From the human T2T-CHM13v2.0 reference genome, Homo sapiens, in the NCBI RefSeq assembly GCF_009914755.1, contig NC_060928.1: DNA of 64,000 nt. One strand, 5' to 3'. The translations under genes were made by a program, and so were the position numbers. The notes under the pieces were generated by a model that was given only the letters and a program-made list of their open reading frames with translations, was not told where the DNA came from and made no database searches. Positions 13,946 through 30,647 of this stretch are shown here, piece after piece. Positions within the stretch are counted from its first letter, which is position 1; the number at the start of each line of letters is the position of its first letter.

Positions 13946-14250
13946 TGCTGGGTGCAGTGGCTCACACCTGTAATCCCAGCACCTTGGAATGCCAAGGCAG
14001 GCAGATCACTTGCGGTCAGGAGTTTGAGACCAGCCTAGCCAACATGGTGAAACCCTGTCTCTACTAAAAAAGCACAAAAATTAGCCAGGCATGGTGGTGC
14101 ACACCTGTATTCCAAGCTATTCATGAGGCTAAGGAAGGAGAATTGCTTGAACCTAGGAGGCAGAGGTTTCAGTGAGCCAAGATCGTGCAACTGTACTCCA
14201 GCCTGGGCAACAGAGCAAGACTCCATCTCAAAAACAAACAAACAAAAAAA
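13946..14250 (+). mobile_element. AluS (Sz/Sx-like)
   Basis: Full dimer, (CAAA)n tail, TSD aaaacttatc / aagccttatc. Confidence 0.95.
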
Positions 14251-14317
14251 GCCTTATCAAATTGTACACATTAGATATTCAATGTGTATTACATGTCAAC
14301 CATACCTCAATAAAGCT

Positions 14318-17300
14318 TTTTTAAAATTTCTTCTAAAAAATAAAAAACGGGATACATGTGCAGAATGTTCAGGTTTGTTACATAGATGTACCTGTGCAAT
14401 AGTGGTTTGCTGCATCTATTGACCCGTCCTCTAAGGTCCTTTCCTTCACTCCCCAGCCCCCAACAGGCCCTGGTGTGTGTTTTTTCCCCTCCCTGTGTCC
14501 ATGTGTTCTGAATGTTCAACTCCCACTATAAGTGAGGACATGTGGTGTTTGGTTTTCTGTTCCTGTGTTAGTTTGCTGAGGATGACGGATTTCAGCTTCA
14601 TCCATGTCCCTGCAAAGGACATGATCTCATTCCTTTTTATGGCTGCATAGTATTCCATGGTGTATACATACAACATTTTCTTTATCCAGTCTATCACTGA
14701 TGGGCATTTGGGTTGGTTTCATGTCTTTGCTATAGTAAATAGTGCTGCAGTAAACATACATGTGCATGTGTCTTTATAACAGAATGATTTATATTCCTTT
14801 GGGTATATACCTAGTAATGGGATTCCTGGATTAAAAGGTGTTTTTGGTTCTAGATCCTTGAGGAATCGCCATACTGTCTTCCACAATGGTTGAACTAATT
14901 TACATCCCCACCATCAGTGTAAAAGCATTCCTATTTCTCCACAGCCTCACCAGCATCTATTGCTTCCTGACTTTTTAACAATCACCATTCTGACTGGTGT
15001 GAGATGGTATCTCATTGTGGTTTTGATTTGCATTTCTCTGACGATCAGTGATGTTGAGCTTTTTTTCATATGTTTATTGGCCGCATAAATGTCTTCTTTT
15101 GAGAAGTGTCTGTTCATATCCTTTGCCCACCTTTTGATGGGGTTGTTTATTTCTTGTAAATATGTTTAAGTTCCTTGTAAATTCTGGATATTAGACCTTT
15201 GTCAGATGCGTAGATTGCAAACATTTTCTCCCATTCTGTAGGTTGCCTGTTCACTCTGATGCTAGCATCTTTTGCTGTGCAGAAGCTCTGTAATTTAATT
15301 ACATCCCATTTGTCAATTTTGACTTTTGCTGTAATTGCTTTTGGCATTTTGGTCATGAAGTCTTTGTCCATGCCTATGTCCTGAATGGCATTGCCTAGGT
15401 TTTTTCCTAGGGTTTTTATGGTTTGGGGTTTTACATTTAAGTCTTCAATGCACCTTGAGTTAATTTTTTTATAAGGTGTAAGTAAGAAAGGGATCCACTT
15501 TCTGTTTTCTGCATATGGCTAGCCAGTTTTCCCAGCACCATTTACTGAATAGGAGATCCTTTCCCTCATTGCTTGTTTTTGTCAGGTTTGTTGAAAATCA
15601 GATGGTTGTAGATGTGTGGTACTATTTCTGAGGTCTCTGTTCTGCTCCACTGGTCTATATGTCTGTTTTGGTACCAGTACCATGCTGTTTTGGTTACTAT
15701 AATCTTGCAGTATAGTTTGAAGTCAGGTATCATGATGCCTGCAGCTTTGTTCTTTTTTGCCTAGGATTGTCTTGGCTATACAGGGTCTTCTTTGATTCCA
15801 TATGAAATTTAAAATAGTTTTTTCTAATTCTGTGAAGAATGTCAATGATAGTTTGATAGGAATAGCACTGAATCTATAAATTACATTGGGCAGTAAGGCC
15901 ATTTTCATGGTATCGATTCTTCCTATCCATGAGGGTGGAATGTTTTTCCACTTGTTTGTGTCCTCTTATTTCCTTGAGCAGTGGTTTGTAGTTCTCCTTG
16001 AAGAGGTCCTTCACATCCCTTGTTAGCTGTATTCCTAGGTATTTTATTCTCTTTGTAGCACTTGTGATTGGTATTCATTCATGATTTGGCTCTCTGCTTG
16101 CCTATTACTGGTGTATAGGAATGCTTGTGATTTTTGCACATTGATTTTGTATCCTGAAAATTTGCTTAAGTTGCTTATCAGTTCAAGGAGTTTTGGAGCT
16201 GAGATGATGGGGTTTTCTAAATATAAAATCATGTTGTCTGCAAACAGAGTCAACTTGATTTCCTCTATTCCTATTTGAATACGCTTTCTTTCTCTTGCCT
16301 GACTGCCCTGGCCAGAACTTCCAATATTATGTTAAATAGCAGTAGTGAAAGAGGGCATCCTCGTCTTGTACCAGTTTTCAAAGAGAATGCTTCCAGCTTT
16401 TGCCCATTCACTATGATATTGGCTTTGAGTGTGTCATAAGTAGCTCTTATTATTTTGAGATATATTCCATCAATATCTAGTTTATTGAGAGTTTTTAACA
16501 TGAAGCGATGTTGAATTTTATCAAACGCCTTTTCTGCATCCATTGAGGTAATCGTGTGGTTTTTTTTTTTTTTGTGTTTGGTTCTGTTCATGTGATGGAT
16601 TATGTTTATTGATTTGCATATGTTGAACCAGTCTTGCTTCCCAGGGGGATGAAGCCAGCTTGATAGTGGTGGATAAACTTTTTGATGTGCTGCTGGATTA
16701 GGATTGCCAGTATTTTATTGAGGATTTTCGCATCGATGTTCATCAGAAATATTGTCCGAAGTTTTCTTTTTTTGTTGTGTCTCTTCCCGGTTTTGATATC
16801 AGGATGATGCTGGCTTCATAAAATGAATTAGCAGGAGTCCCTCCTTTTCAATTGTTTGGAATAATTTCAGAACAAAGAGTACCAGCTCCTCTTTGTATTT
16901 CTGGTAGAATTCAGCTGTGAATTCATCTGGTCCTGGGCCTTTTTTGGCTGGTAGGCTATTAATTACTGCTCCAATTTCAGAGCTTGTTATTGATTTATTC
17001 AGGGTTTCAACTTCTTCTTGGCTTAGTCTTTGTAGAGTCTGTCTGTCTAGGAATTTATTCATTTCTTCTAGATGTTCTAGTTTATTTGCGTAGAGGTGTT
17101 TATAGTATTCCCTGATGGTAGTTTGTATTTCTGTGAAATCAGTGGTGATATCCCCTTCATCATTTTGTATTGTGTCTATTTGATTCTTCTCTCTCTTCTT
17201 ATTAGTCTAGCTAGTGTTCTATCTATTTTGTTAGTTTTTTCAAAACACTGGCTCCTGGATTCACTGATTTTTTGGAGGGTTTTTTGTGTCTCTATCTCCT

Positions 17301-18258
17301 TCTTCTCTGATCTTAGTTATTTCTTCTCTGATCTTAGTTAATTCTTCTCTGATCTTATTTCTTCAATTCTTCTCTGATCTTAATTATTTCTTATCTTCTG
17401 CTAGCTTTTGGATTAGTTTGCTGTTGCCTCTCTAGCTCTTTTAATTGTTATCATCCAGGGGCTCAGGCCCAGGGATATCCAAATTCATCCAGCCTCTGGC
17501 TGGAGTTACTGGAGATCCTGCAGGGAAGGCCACCCAATGAGGAAATATGGGTCAGGTTTAAGCCTTCAGAGGCACTCTGCCCACGACTGCCACAACAGCT
17601 GTGTTGGGCTACAGGGACAAGTGTTGGGACCAGGCCATTCAGCCTCCCTGGCTCCAGCAGGGGAAAAAGTACAGCCTAGAGCTATAGAAATGGGTGCCGC
17701 CCTTCCGCCTGCCCAGGGAGCTTAGTGTGTTCCACAGTTTCCAGTCCCTGTGCTGGCTCCTGCCCCTCCCTACAGGAGCTCAAAAGGCTTAGACAGTTGG
17801 CAGTGGCAGCCAGCACTGTTCACCCCTTCCCCTGGGAGTTCGGTAGGCTTAAGCAGATGCCAGCTGAGAAGCTGTAAGAATCTGCACATTCCAGGGTTGG
17901 GACTCTGCACCGGTGTGGTGTGGGTTCATGAGTGGGACCTTCCAATCCATCGGTTGCACAGTCCATGGAAAAAGCACAGTTTCCCCAGCTGGGTAGCACG
18001 CTCACCACCTCCCTTGGCTGGGAGGAGGGAGTTCCCCTACCCCTGTGGCTCTCAGGTGGGCTGCTGCACCACACTGTTCCTTCTCTCCGTGGGTCATGCC
18101 AGCCTTCTAGTCAATTTTGATGAAAGAACCTGGATGCCTTGGTTGCTGGTGAAGGATTCACATGCTTATTATGTTTCTTTTTAAAATGGTAGCCTCCGAA
18201 CACCGCTGCTTCTAGTAAACGCCAATGCTTCTAGTTGGACATCTTTGCCCCACCCCCA
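14318..18258 (-). mobile_element. L1PA8-like element, originally full length, with a large internal deletion
   Basis: L1PA8-type 3' end (ttcttctaaaaa..cgggatacatg); ORF2 remnants including FADN (from FADD); jump at about 17451 into GC-richer 5' UTR sequence; TSD aataaagct (14309-14317 / 18261-18269). Confidence 0.92.
17301..17392. repeat. ~21-bp tandem repeat x4 inside L1 ORF2
   Basis: tcttctctgatcttagttatt repeated; single copy in the paralogous L1 at about 57095. Confidence 0.9.
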
Positions 18259-18554
18259 GTAATAAAGCTATTTAAAAGAAAATCTTATCTTTGAATGATC
18301 ACCTTAGAGAATAATCTCTTTGAGTCAAACTGGTCAACTAATTAATGCAAGAATGTATTGTGAAGCTTCACACATCTGTATTTATCCTGCTGCCATCCTC
18401 CCACTTGAAATACCCTCCTACTTGCTTTTCAGAACACAGATAACTTCATGCCTCCTCCATTGAGACTTACCAAATCACTTCAACCTGTAGATTTCTTTTC
18501 TTTGAATACCTAAAATTTGAGTACACAATAACCATCATTTGGCATACCTAAATA

Positions 18555-18730
18555 TAGCAGAGTCAAACCTAGGTTTGAATCCTAATTCTGTAGTTTACTA
18601 GCTCCGTAAGCCTAGAAATTTAATTACTCTGAGACTTTGTTTCTTCATCTATTATACATTGCTAATAGTAGTATCCATTCAATAAAGTCACTAAATGTAA
18701 ATTACTTGGTATAACAGCTAGTGCATAGTA
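18555..18730 (+). mobile_element. MIR
   Basis: cctaggtttgaatcct...tttactagct...tgtttcttcatct core. Confidence 0.7.
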
Positions 18731-18788
18731 AAAAAAACCAATCTTTATTTTTGTAGATTTACTATATGTTTTCTTGTGATGTTTCTTA

Positions 18789-21125
<2,337 letters not shown>

Positions 21126-22239
21126 TGCCGCCTTGACTGCTCCAAATATTATGGTTTTTCTGCTCGAGTAAACTTAAGCTGAGCCCAGACATTGTATTTA
21201 AATAATAAAATGCACTTAGTCATATTCTCAGAATTTGACTTTGCTTCACTCCAAATAATACAGTAATCCCTACCAAATATATATTATCTACATGATGAGG
21301 TACAAAGACATTTGTAATAAGCCCAGAGACACAAGTATAAAAACTGACTAAACACAATTTGAACCAATGCCTGTCTGATTATGTCATGATACTCCTAACA
21401 ATTACATCACGTTTTCATTTTTATTAGTTATATTTTGAATGATAAAATTCAGATTATAAACTTTTAATAGTCCATAATTAATTTATTTTATTAATTGACT
21501 CACATAATGATACATCTCACTTAATACAAGATACTTTCTTTCTTCTGGGAAGTGGGTCTCCAGATGCCTTGGTTCCTTAAAATATTTATTGTCCAATATA
21601 TTTCATAAGATTTTCCCTTCACTGAAACTTTTCTTTGAGGAAAGTGAAAGAAGACGGAGAGTCAGCTGTCATTTTGTATTTTCCCTTTAGAACTTACAGT
21701 ATCTAGCTTAGCAGTGCTGACAATGCCCCTCATTGTTAACCTAGTTCATTGTCAAAAGTTTTTACTTGACTCTTCTTCCAATGAGGCCATGTAAATTAAT
21801 TAAGAGAGATGGTCACTACCTTTAAGCAATAAGAAGGCAAATAAAAAAGATATCACCAATCCAAATAATTAGTTGCCTAATTGGTGCTTTGGAAGCTTAT
21901 GCTATCATGAGAGTTTCATCTCATAAATTCAGTGCCTGAATGAAACCCAGTATCATGGCAACTTCAACTACAAAACCCACTTGCAAGTGGAAATATCAAT
22001 ACGCATAAACTATACATTTGTAATCTCATCATACAATTTGACCCATCATAGATGATCTCTCCTAAACATTGTTTAAAAGACTAGGCATGTGAACCTCTGA
22101 ACAACAGCAAATGATGTTTTTGGCTAACCTACACCTTAGCAGCTAATGGAGAAGCTTATTAGGTACTTGATCAGCAATATTTATAGCATTACCCCCACAC
22201 TGTTATGATTTGTCATTGTAATAACACTTTTAAAGCATT

Positions 22240-22375
22240 AATTATGAAACAAGCATTATTCTAAGCACTTTGCCTGGGTTAACTCATTTTATCTTTACAA
22301 GTCCATGAGGTAAGTACCAACATGGGATGTAAGGCACAAAGAGCTAAAGTTGCATAGCCAATAGGTGGTATTATT
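22240..22375 (-). mobile_element. MIR
   Basis: ttctaagcactttgcctgggttaactcattt...catgaggtaagtac...aaggcacaaagagctaa. Confidence 0.65.
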
Positions 22376-23429
22376 AACAGCATTATTAGCATTGTTAATA
22401 TCAATAATGTGCTCAAAGATGGACTTAGATATCAGAATAAAATTTAAAAATTGAATTTCAAACAGCTGCCTCATTTACCATCTCAAGAATCTATCCAAGC
22501 AAAAGGCCTCACCATGTCTTTCTTAAAATGTAGATGCTTGTAATTTGTCAAAATACAGAGAATAATTTCATGAACTCGAAACAGTTCCTTCTTCAGAAAG
22601 TACATAATTCAAACTTTGAAGCTGTGAAGATTTTATACATACATAAAATCTTGGATATATATCTCTATCCTTTGTGCTATTTACTATTAAAAGTCCAATG
22701 AGAAGCAAACAAAAGGTGAAGAGGGCACCTACAGCCTTAGAAGGTATTAGAACAGCTCACAAAGTAGAATGAAGCTTGAACTATTTTAACTTTTTGTGTG
22801 TTCTAATGGATATTTGTGTTTCAAATACTTTCAGAATCATATTAGTTTTATAAAACTCTATTTTCTCCACCTCCAAATCTTCCTTTCCCCACCTTAAATC
22901 AATCCACTCCAGGTCTTTGGGGACTGCCAATTTGGAACATCCTCTGGCTTTGACAATTGGCAGCTGGGATCAATCAGTTCATAAAATCCATCTTGTCAGC
23001 TAAAACAAGTCATATTTCTTAAGCAAGACAATCTGTTAAACAGCTTAGGTCTTAAATCCATGAAAAACATTTGCAAAAACACATTTTATGCTTGCTCTTC
23101 TTAAGTTCTGAGGCTACAGATGTTACAAAAACCACCATTCTGGAAACTTTCCCAGTCATCTCTTCTTTCCTGAAAATTTGAAGGTATCTTCTGGGCTCAA
23201 CAGCAAGCAGAAGACCAGCTTCTGAGAGCCATGGGTGGAAATAGATTTCCTCAATGTGAGATGAATCCTTGCTTCACCCTGGGCAGTTACATAGTAGTTT
23301 CTATCTGCTGTGCAATCAATCCAGTTCATCATAAGCCAGTGTCATCAGAGTGCAGTTAGACTGGCTTCCTGTTCTGGCTGTCCCTAATAAGAAAAATGTA
23401 CATCGAATTATATAGATTTGAAAGTGATT

Positions 23430-23552
23430 GCAAAGCTTATATAGCTAAGTGATCTCAAGCAAGGCATATCTCAAGCTTCAATCTCCTTCTCAGTAAAATG
23501 AGAGGGCTGGAATGACAAAACGCATTTCTTTCCAATTTTATAATTCGTGATT
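23430..23552 (+). mobile_element. MIR/MIR3 fragment
   Basis: gcttcaatctccttctcagtaaaatgagagggctgga. Confidence 0.55.
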
Positions 23553-23799
23553 CTACTTCTTCCTATTGCTTTCACAAGCAAGGAAGCCTACTCCATCATC
23601 ATTGCCAACTCTTGAAATTCTCCAGGACCATAGTGGGTTGGTCCCCATACAACATCATTCCATGAATGGTGATGGGTTAGATAAACCTATTTGCAGACTT
23701 AATCATACTTAACAAAGTACTGGAACGTTTCATAAGAAATAAAAGTTGGTGTTCCCCATGGTACCTCCACTTGATTATCATTACTTCAAAATAGAATCA

Positions 23800-24720
<921 letters not shown>

Positions 24721-24764
24721 TGAATTCTAATGCATATGATCATAACAGTCTCAGTTTATTTAAA

Positions 24765-24952
24765 CATCTGACGTGGCAGCACAGGGTTCTATCAGCAAGT
24801 GAAAACTGCATGGCCTTTTACAGTTTAGCTTTGGAAGTAATATCACTTCTACCACATTCTATTGGACAAGGCAGTCACAAGCCCATCCAGATTCATGGGG
24901 CCCTTGATTAGAGGAGTGTCAAAGAATTTGCAAGCATGTTTTAAAATCACTA
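24765..24952 (-). mobile_element. old MLT1 (J/K-like) LTR fragment
   Basis: cacttctaccacattctattggacaaggcagtcacaagcccatccagattca. Confidence 0.7.
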
Positions 24953-25191
24953 TGCGCACTTCTCTCTTTCACATGTTATGCTACAGACAAAAAAAATGGA
25001 ACTAATAGTTCCCCAATTATGCCTTTGCACGTACTATTTTCCCAGCATAAAATTTCTCCTTCATCTCCTTGGAAAACCCCTATTCATTCCTCTAGAATCA
25101 TTGAAATACTACTTCCACTGTGAGAGCTTCACTGACAGCGCCAAGTGAACATGAACTACCTCTAATCTCCAGTAAGATCTCACCTCCTAGC

Positions 25192-25340
25192 CCAGTGCCT
25201 CTCAAGGATACAAATCTCCTGGGATCTTACTGAGATTCAGACTCATTAGTAGGTCTAAGGTGAGGCCAAAGATTCTGCATTTCTTACAAGCTCCCAGAGG
25301 ATAACTATGATGTTGGTCCATTACTCTGAGAAGCAACAGC
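25192..25340. mobile_element. MER5A-like hAT-Charlie MITE
   Basis: gtaggtctaaggtgaggccaaagattctgcatttcttacaagctcccag. Confidence 0.75.
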
Positions 25341-25869
25341 CCAGTCAGAAAGCTTACTCAAATTGCTGTCCCAGGGTGGAGTGTTTCATCCAAGGAGGGG
25401 GTATAGCACAGGGGAAGGCTACAGAGCATCTGGGGAGAGGCCAGAGAGGGAGAGAAAAGTTGCAGCAGGCTCCTAAGAGCAGGCAGATTGTTAAAGTACG
25501 TGTATTTCTGAGACACAGGCAAAGAGTGAAATTTGGGTACAAACCAATATGAGAACCAGACAAACCAAGCCAAAAGCTGGCCAAAGCTTTAAGTGAAGTG
25601 TGGGAGACAGAACACAGAGGAATCCTAGAGCTGGTTAAAGGGTATCTGTAAAAGTTTTTCATGGGTTAAAGATAAGGAGAGAGCCATTAGGGCACTAAGC
25701 TAAGATTAACATTTTCTAAAATTTTTGCCTACACTTCCATTGAGGATATTGTCTTTCTACGATGAAATTTTAATTTGCATCTCTATATCTAAACTAGACC
25801 TACCATAAGCTTCCTGAGAACATGGACTATTCTTATTTGTTAAAGAATCATATTTAAGAGCATATATAT

Positions 25870-26400
25870 GCTTTTGGGGTTTATATCTTAACTCTGCCAC
25901 TACCTGAAGTGTGAACTTAGCGAGATTATTTTTTGTTTGCTTCAGTTTCCTTAAACATAAAATTGGGGGTAATGACAATAATGTCAGCACAAAAGAATAC
26001 TGAGAGAATTAAAAGAATATATATAAGAGTGTATATATTATGTATATAATATATACTATGTATATAATATGTATATAATATATACTATGTATATAATATG
26101 TATATAATATATACTATTCCTGGAGCATAGTAAGCCTTTAATCAGTGTTTGATATTATAGGGAGCATAATGTCTAAGAGTTTGGGATTAGAATCAAACTA
26201 CTAGAGTAAAAATCTCCAGCTCTCTGATTTACTACTCATGGGACCTCGAACACAGTACTTAACTCCTCTAAGCCTTAGTTATTTCGTCTGTAAAATTAAG
26301 ATGCTAATAGTGCTTCTATAATAGGATTAAGAGAATTGAGATTATTCACCCCTGATAAATGCAATAAATTTTCAATGATTATTTATTACTATGCTATCAT
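25870..26400 (+). mobile_element. two tandem MIR elements
   Basis: Cores ctctgccactacc...tcagtttccttaaacataaaattgggg and acttaactcctctaagccttagttatttcgtctgtaaaat. Confidence 0.7.
26040..26117. repeat. 29-bp TA-rich tandem repeat (~2.6 copies)
   Basis: atgtatataatatatactatgtatataat repeated. Confidence 0.9.
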
Positions 26401-29400
26401 CATCTTCAGAATGAGTCTGGCACATAGTGGGCTTTCAATATATACTTGTTAAATGATTAAATAATATTGTAAACATAAGTAATGTTTTCTACTTAATCAT
26501 AAGTAAACAAGTAATATTGTTAACATTAACCTCAGCAATTTCACTTCCTTTCAAGACACTGTGATTTACTTAGGAAAAAATTTTTCTTAGGACAACACAA
26601 GGAAAGAAAGTCAAGTAGACATAGCAGGCCCCTCTATATCCTTGGATCTAATAGCACAGCTTCACTTTTACCTTTTTTTATATGTTAAGCTTCTATGTAA
26701 GTTTCACTTGAAAAACTGTTCCCACCACTAGGGCACAAAGAATTATATCATATTTTCCATAACTATGTGTTCTCCTGTAGACCATAAAAGAATAGCACAG
26801 CATCCAATGTCCAATTACATATTCTGGGGACCACACATGCTAATGGATGTAAATACCTAACAATAATAAAAATTAAATGAAAGGCAGCTATCTCACCGCT
26901 CTTCTCCAGTTGCCCATTTGTCTACTGCCTGAGAATCAAAGAATTCAGTTGGCTAGAAACAAATATGACCCTGACCAGCCTGTCAGAATTAACATAGCAC
27001 TACTGTACTAGCAAAAGAATTAATAAGAATAACAGGCCTAGTTCCAATACACATGGTGGGAAACCTCTTGCTGACAGAAAGATACAGGATAGGATTCACC
27101 TCAGCATTCCCCTGGACATTTAAAGTAAAAACCACAACTCAACTGTACCCCAAAGAATTTGAGAATTTGCAATACATCTGATTACCCTATTTTACAATAA
27201 GTGTCTGGACTAGAATCCTAGAAGGGTCACATTCTCTCCCAACTAGTGTTTGTTACAGAAATGCATTTCAGGGGACATACGGATGTTTTCTTTTACCTAA
27301 TATTTATGTTGTTAGACATGGGATAGATAAATTCAAACATACTTTGTTTCATAAATTTATATGCTCTTTCTTGTCTTCCATGGGATTTAGGAGTGTCACA
27401 AAATTTTAAATTCCAAAAGGAAAGTTTTCCACAATTTCTTTCACATGCAATTCAATGCTGCTCCTTCTGAGAATAAGCACGTGGCAGGCACTCCAGACAC
27501 TCCCCAAGAGAGGCAATGCACATTTCCATGGCTAGTTGTTGCAGACATTTCCATTTTAATAAAAATCCTCCTGACTGGTTTGTTTCTTTGTGGGTTCAAA
27601 TACACAATGTTCTTTGCATAAGTAATAAGCCCCATGGTCTATGCAGATAGAGATTATAGAAATCAAATGATATGACCACCCACTTTTGGCATAATATTGA
27701 GCAAGAGAAAATAATAATTACCAGTGAATTTTAGTCTTATGTTCCCAAACAGTGGCATTGAAAAAAACCTGATCGACCCTACTCAAGTAGGAGTTGAAGT
27801 TCATTATTGAAATAGCAATAGACGAGGATATGTGGGTTAGATTAAGAGATGGTATTTGGCTATGGGCCGTGGAATATCCCAATTCTGCTCATCACCAGCC
27901 ACATCTTAATGAAAGATTCTTAAAGGACTATGACCAGGGCCAGTGAAATCTTTACTACTAAAAAGCATTCAAATTCCATTATAGAATTCCAGTGAGATGG
28001 CCTACACCCACAGTGGAACACAATTTCCCAGGTGGATCTAAGGAAGTTAACTTCAATGCAATGCCCAGAACCACATACCAAATCTGAAATCTGTTCATCT
28101 AGGGTAAGGGCCAAGAGGTGAAATGAGTCAAGAGGAGGAAGTGTCATAGAATCTCATCCTTAACATCTAGAGCATGCATTCCCATACTACACACCCTAGA
28201 GCTATCTCTGGAGTGAGGGAAGGGGAGAGATTTAAAAGAAGCTGCTTCCAGACCTACTTTATCTACACTCCCAAGAAAAGAAAGAGCCTTCTTTTTCTAT
28301 GTGGGCTGCCATTTTGGTCAATCCAGAGCAGCACTCTCTCCTCCTGAGTGGGGAATGTGGTGTGTTGGTGATTGAGTAATCCTTTGGGTGAGAACAGAAA
28401 AGGGCCCGAAGCTCCCTTGGGGGTTCAAAGGGCTGACAAAATCTATCTAAGTCAATTCCACCCAACTTTGTATAGGGGAAGAAAGAACAAGTTAACTTCA
28501 TACCCCAGTAAAATCCTAATGCCACCTGGTAGGAAATCATAGAATTTTCAGGAGATATTACTGATGTAAGTAGACTACGTATTTTAATGATGTGGAAGAA
28601 AATAGAACTACTGCTATACAAACAAAAATATGTTCACTTAATAAGTGAACAACCAGATAAGCACTATTTTCTCTTTTTAAATGAATATTTTGGAGTTAAG
28701 TAAATAAAGACACAATTATCCAATTAATTTTTTCCTTTTTAATGTGTCATGTTGAAATAGAATCTTATAACCAGGTTACTAGAAAAACCAAAAGATAAGT
28801 AACAATGGCATGAATGCTGTGATGATACACACTCCTTTCATCTTCCCACTGACACTACCAGATCAACCACAGACTGTAGACTTTGTCTTAGGACTGGCTC
28901 AATTTCCATGAAGTCCTCTAGAGCTGAGATGGCTGAAACAGACGTGTATCCCCTGCAGAGACAAAATGGAGCTATAGGGGAAACACTGGGACTAGAAGTG
29001 GCTTCTGCCTCCGAATACAATAAATGTCTCACAGTATAAAATGAAGGTCTTCCAAAGTTTCTCACTCATTACCATATTCCCCATAGCCCCAAATTATCAT
29101 TTTATGAAACTGACTCCTATTGTTGAGCAATTAATGGAATACTTTCTCTTATATATAAAATATCTATCTCTTCTGGGATAGACAGGGATGATGCAAATGG
29201 CTGAGAAGGGTGATAAGCACAGCTCACCCATGCTGTGTGGTCCAGAGATTTTGTGCTTCTGTTTTGGCAACACCATAATCAACACTGAGAAAATCCTCAT
29301 GTCCATTAGCTCATTGTATGTTGGTAGTACCACAATGAGTTTCTCCAGAAACGTTCATCAACATTCATTAGTCAGGCAAAACGTTTCAACAGTGGAAGCA

Positions 29401-29504
29401 TGTTACTTCTATTTTAATGTGAGTTATAGGGTCCAAAAACTAGTCACTTAGGCATCCTCCAAGCCAGTTAACTTTCTAATTATAAATACCACGAAAACCT
29501 ACAA

Positions 29505-29700
29505 CCAATATTTATTGAGCTCTTTCTACGTGCCACTTCTTGAGAGACACCTTGTACACACTGTCTCATTAAACCCACACAACAATCCAGTGAATTAGGT
29601 ACTATTTTATTTCCATTTTACATATGAGAAATCTTTGAAAAATCTGGATGTAAATCAAGCACAGATGACTTCATATGTGTGCATCTAACCAGACTATTAC
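29505..29700 (-). mobile_element. MIR
   Basis: atatttattgagc...ggtactattttatttccattttacatatgagaaa. Confidence 0.75.
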
Positions 29701-30544
29701 CCTCCAATCACTATAACTTGAGGTCTGACACAAACAAAAAGCAGTCTTTAATTTTTGTTGTCCTGGATCTTTTGAGGGAGGAAGAGTAAGGCATAACTTG
29801 AGCAATGTTTTCATATTTTTCTTCACACTACCTCACAACTAGGTAGGTCAAATAACATGTCCTTGTTGGAGCTTCCATCCATTCTCCATTTCACCAGCAA
29901 GAGAAAGGTATTTTGTACAGACTCACTTCCCCTCCCAGTACATCAACAATTTACATTTCTCCTTTAAAGCCCAGTTGCATGGTCCATCTGTTCAAGCTGG
30001 CCCTTATCCTGATTCATGGTGGCTGCAGGAGGGGGGTGAGGAAATCCACTTGCTGGGGAAAACCAAGCAATGTTGTATTAATTAAGAATTTGCATCACTG
30101 TTGTAAATACACCCAGAGGCCAGGGTGACGAGTACATTTTATAAATCAAATAAATGAATAATAACTTCTAGAGGTTACCAAATGTAAAATGTTTGAAGAA
30201 CAGAAACCAGATGAATCCAAACCGTGGCCAAGGGTTACCCTTGCTAATTAAAACATAGACTGAAAACATTAACCTGATTCATAATCTAAATAAAACTCCA
30301 TTTCTGGATAACTTTCCATCTTTATGAATTTTTTATTACAACAGAAGGTAACCACATGAAAGTCATTCTTAATGAACTCAATATTTTTAACTTTCTGAAA
30401 TAAAAAGACAAAAAGGAAGAAACATGAAGAGAAACATAAAAAACGCCACACTTATAATTATTTCCCTGCACATACCACATCTCAAACACTTGGCCTTTCC
30501 ATTTCTCTCATCTTTTAGGGCTGCCTTAAAAATTCAGAAACTCT

Positions 30545-30647
30545 GGAAAAAGAAAGAAAAGGAGGGAGGAAGGAAGAAGAGGAGGGAAGGAATTGGGGAG
30601 GAAAGGAGAAGATAAAAAAGAAATAAAAAAGGAAAGAAAAGAAAGGA
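30545..30647 (+). repeat. GA-rich polypurine low-complexity tract
   Basis: About 100 nt that are almost entirely purine. Confidence 0.85.

Larger units (their letters stand above)
12390..14317 (+). mobile_element. old L1M (MC/MD-like) 3' end, host of nested insertions
   Basis: Collinear pieces at about 12390-12918, 13858-13945 and 14251-14317, ending in cctcaataaag. Confidence 0.8.

Noticed and set aside
17537-18184. GC-richer ORFs of 62-144 aa
   Set aside because: They lie within the L1PA8 5' UTR remnant and show no recognisable protein similarity.
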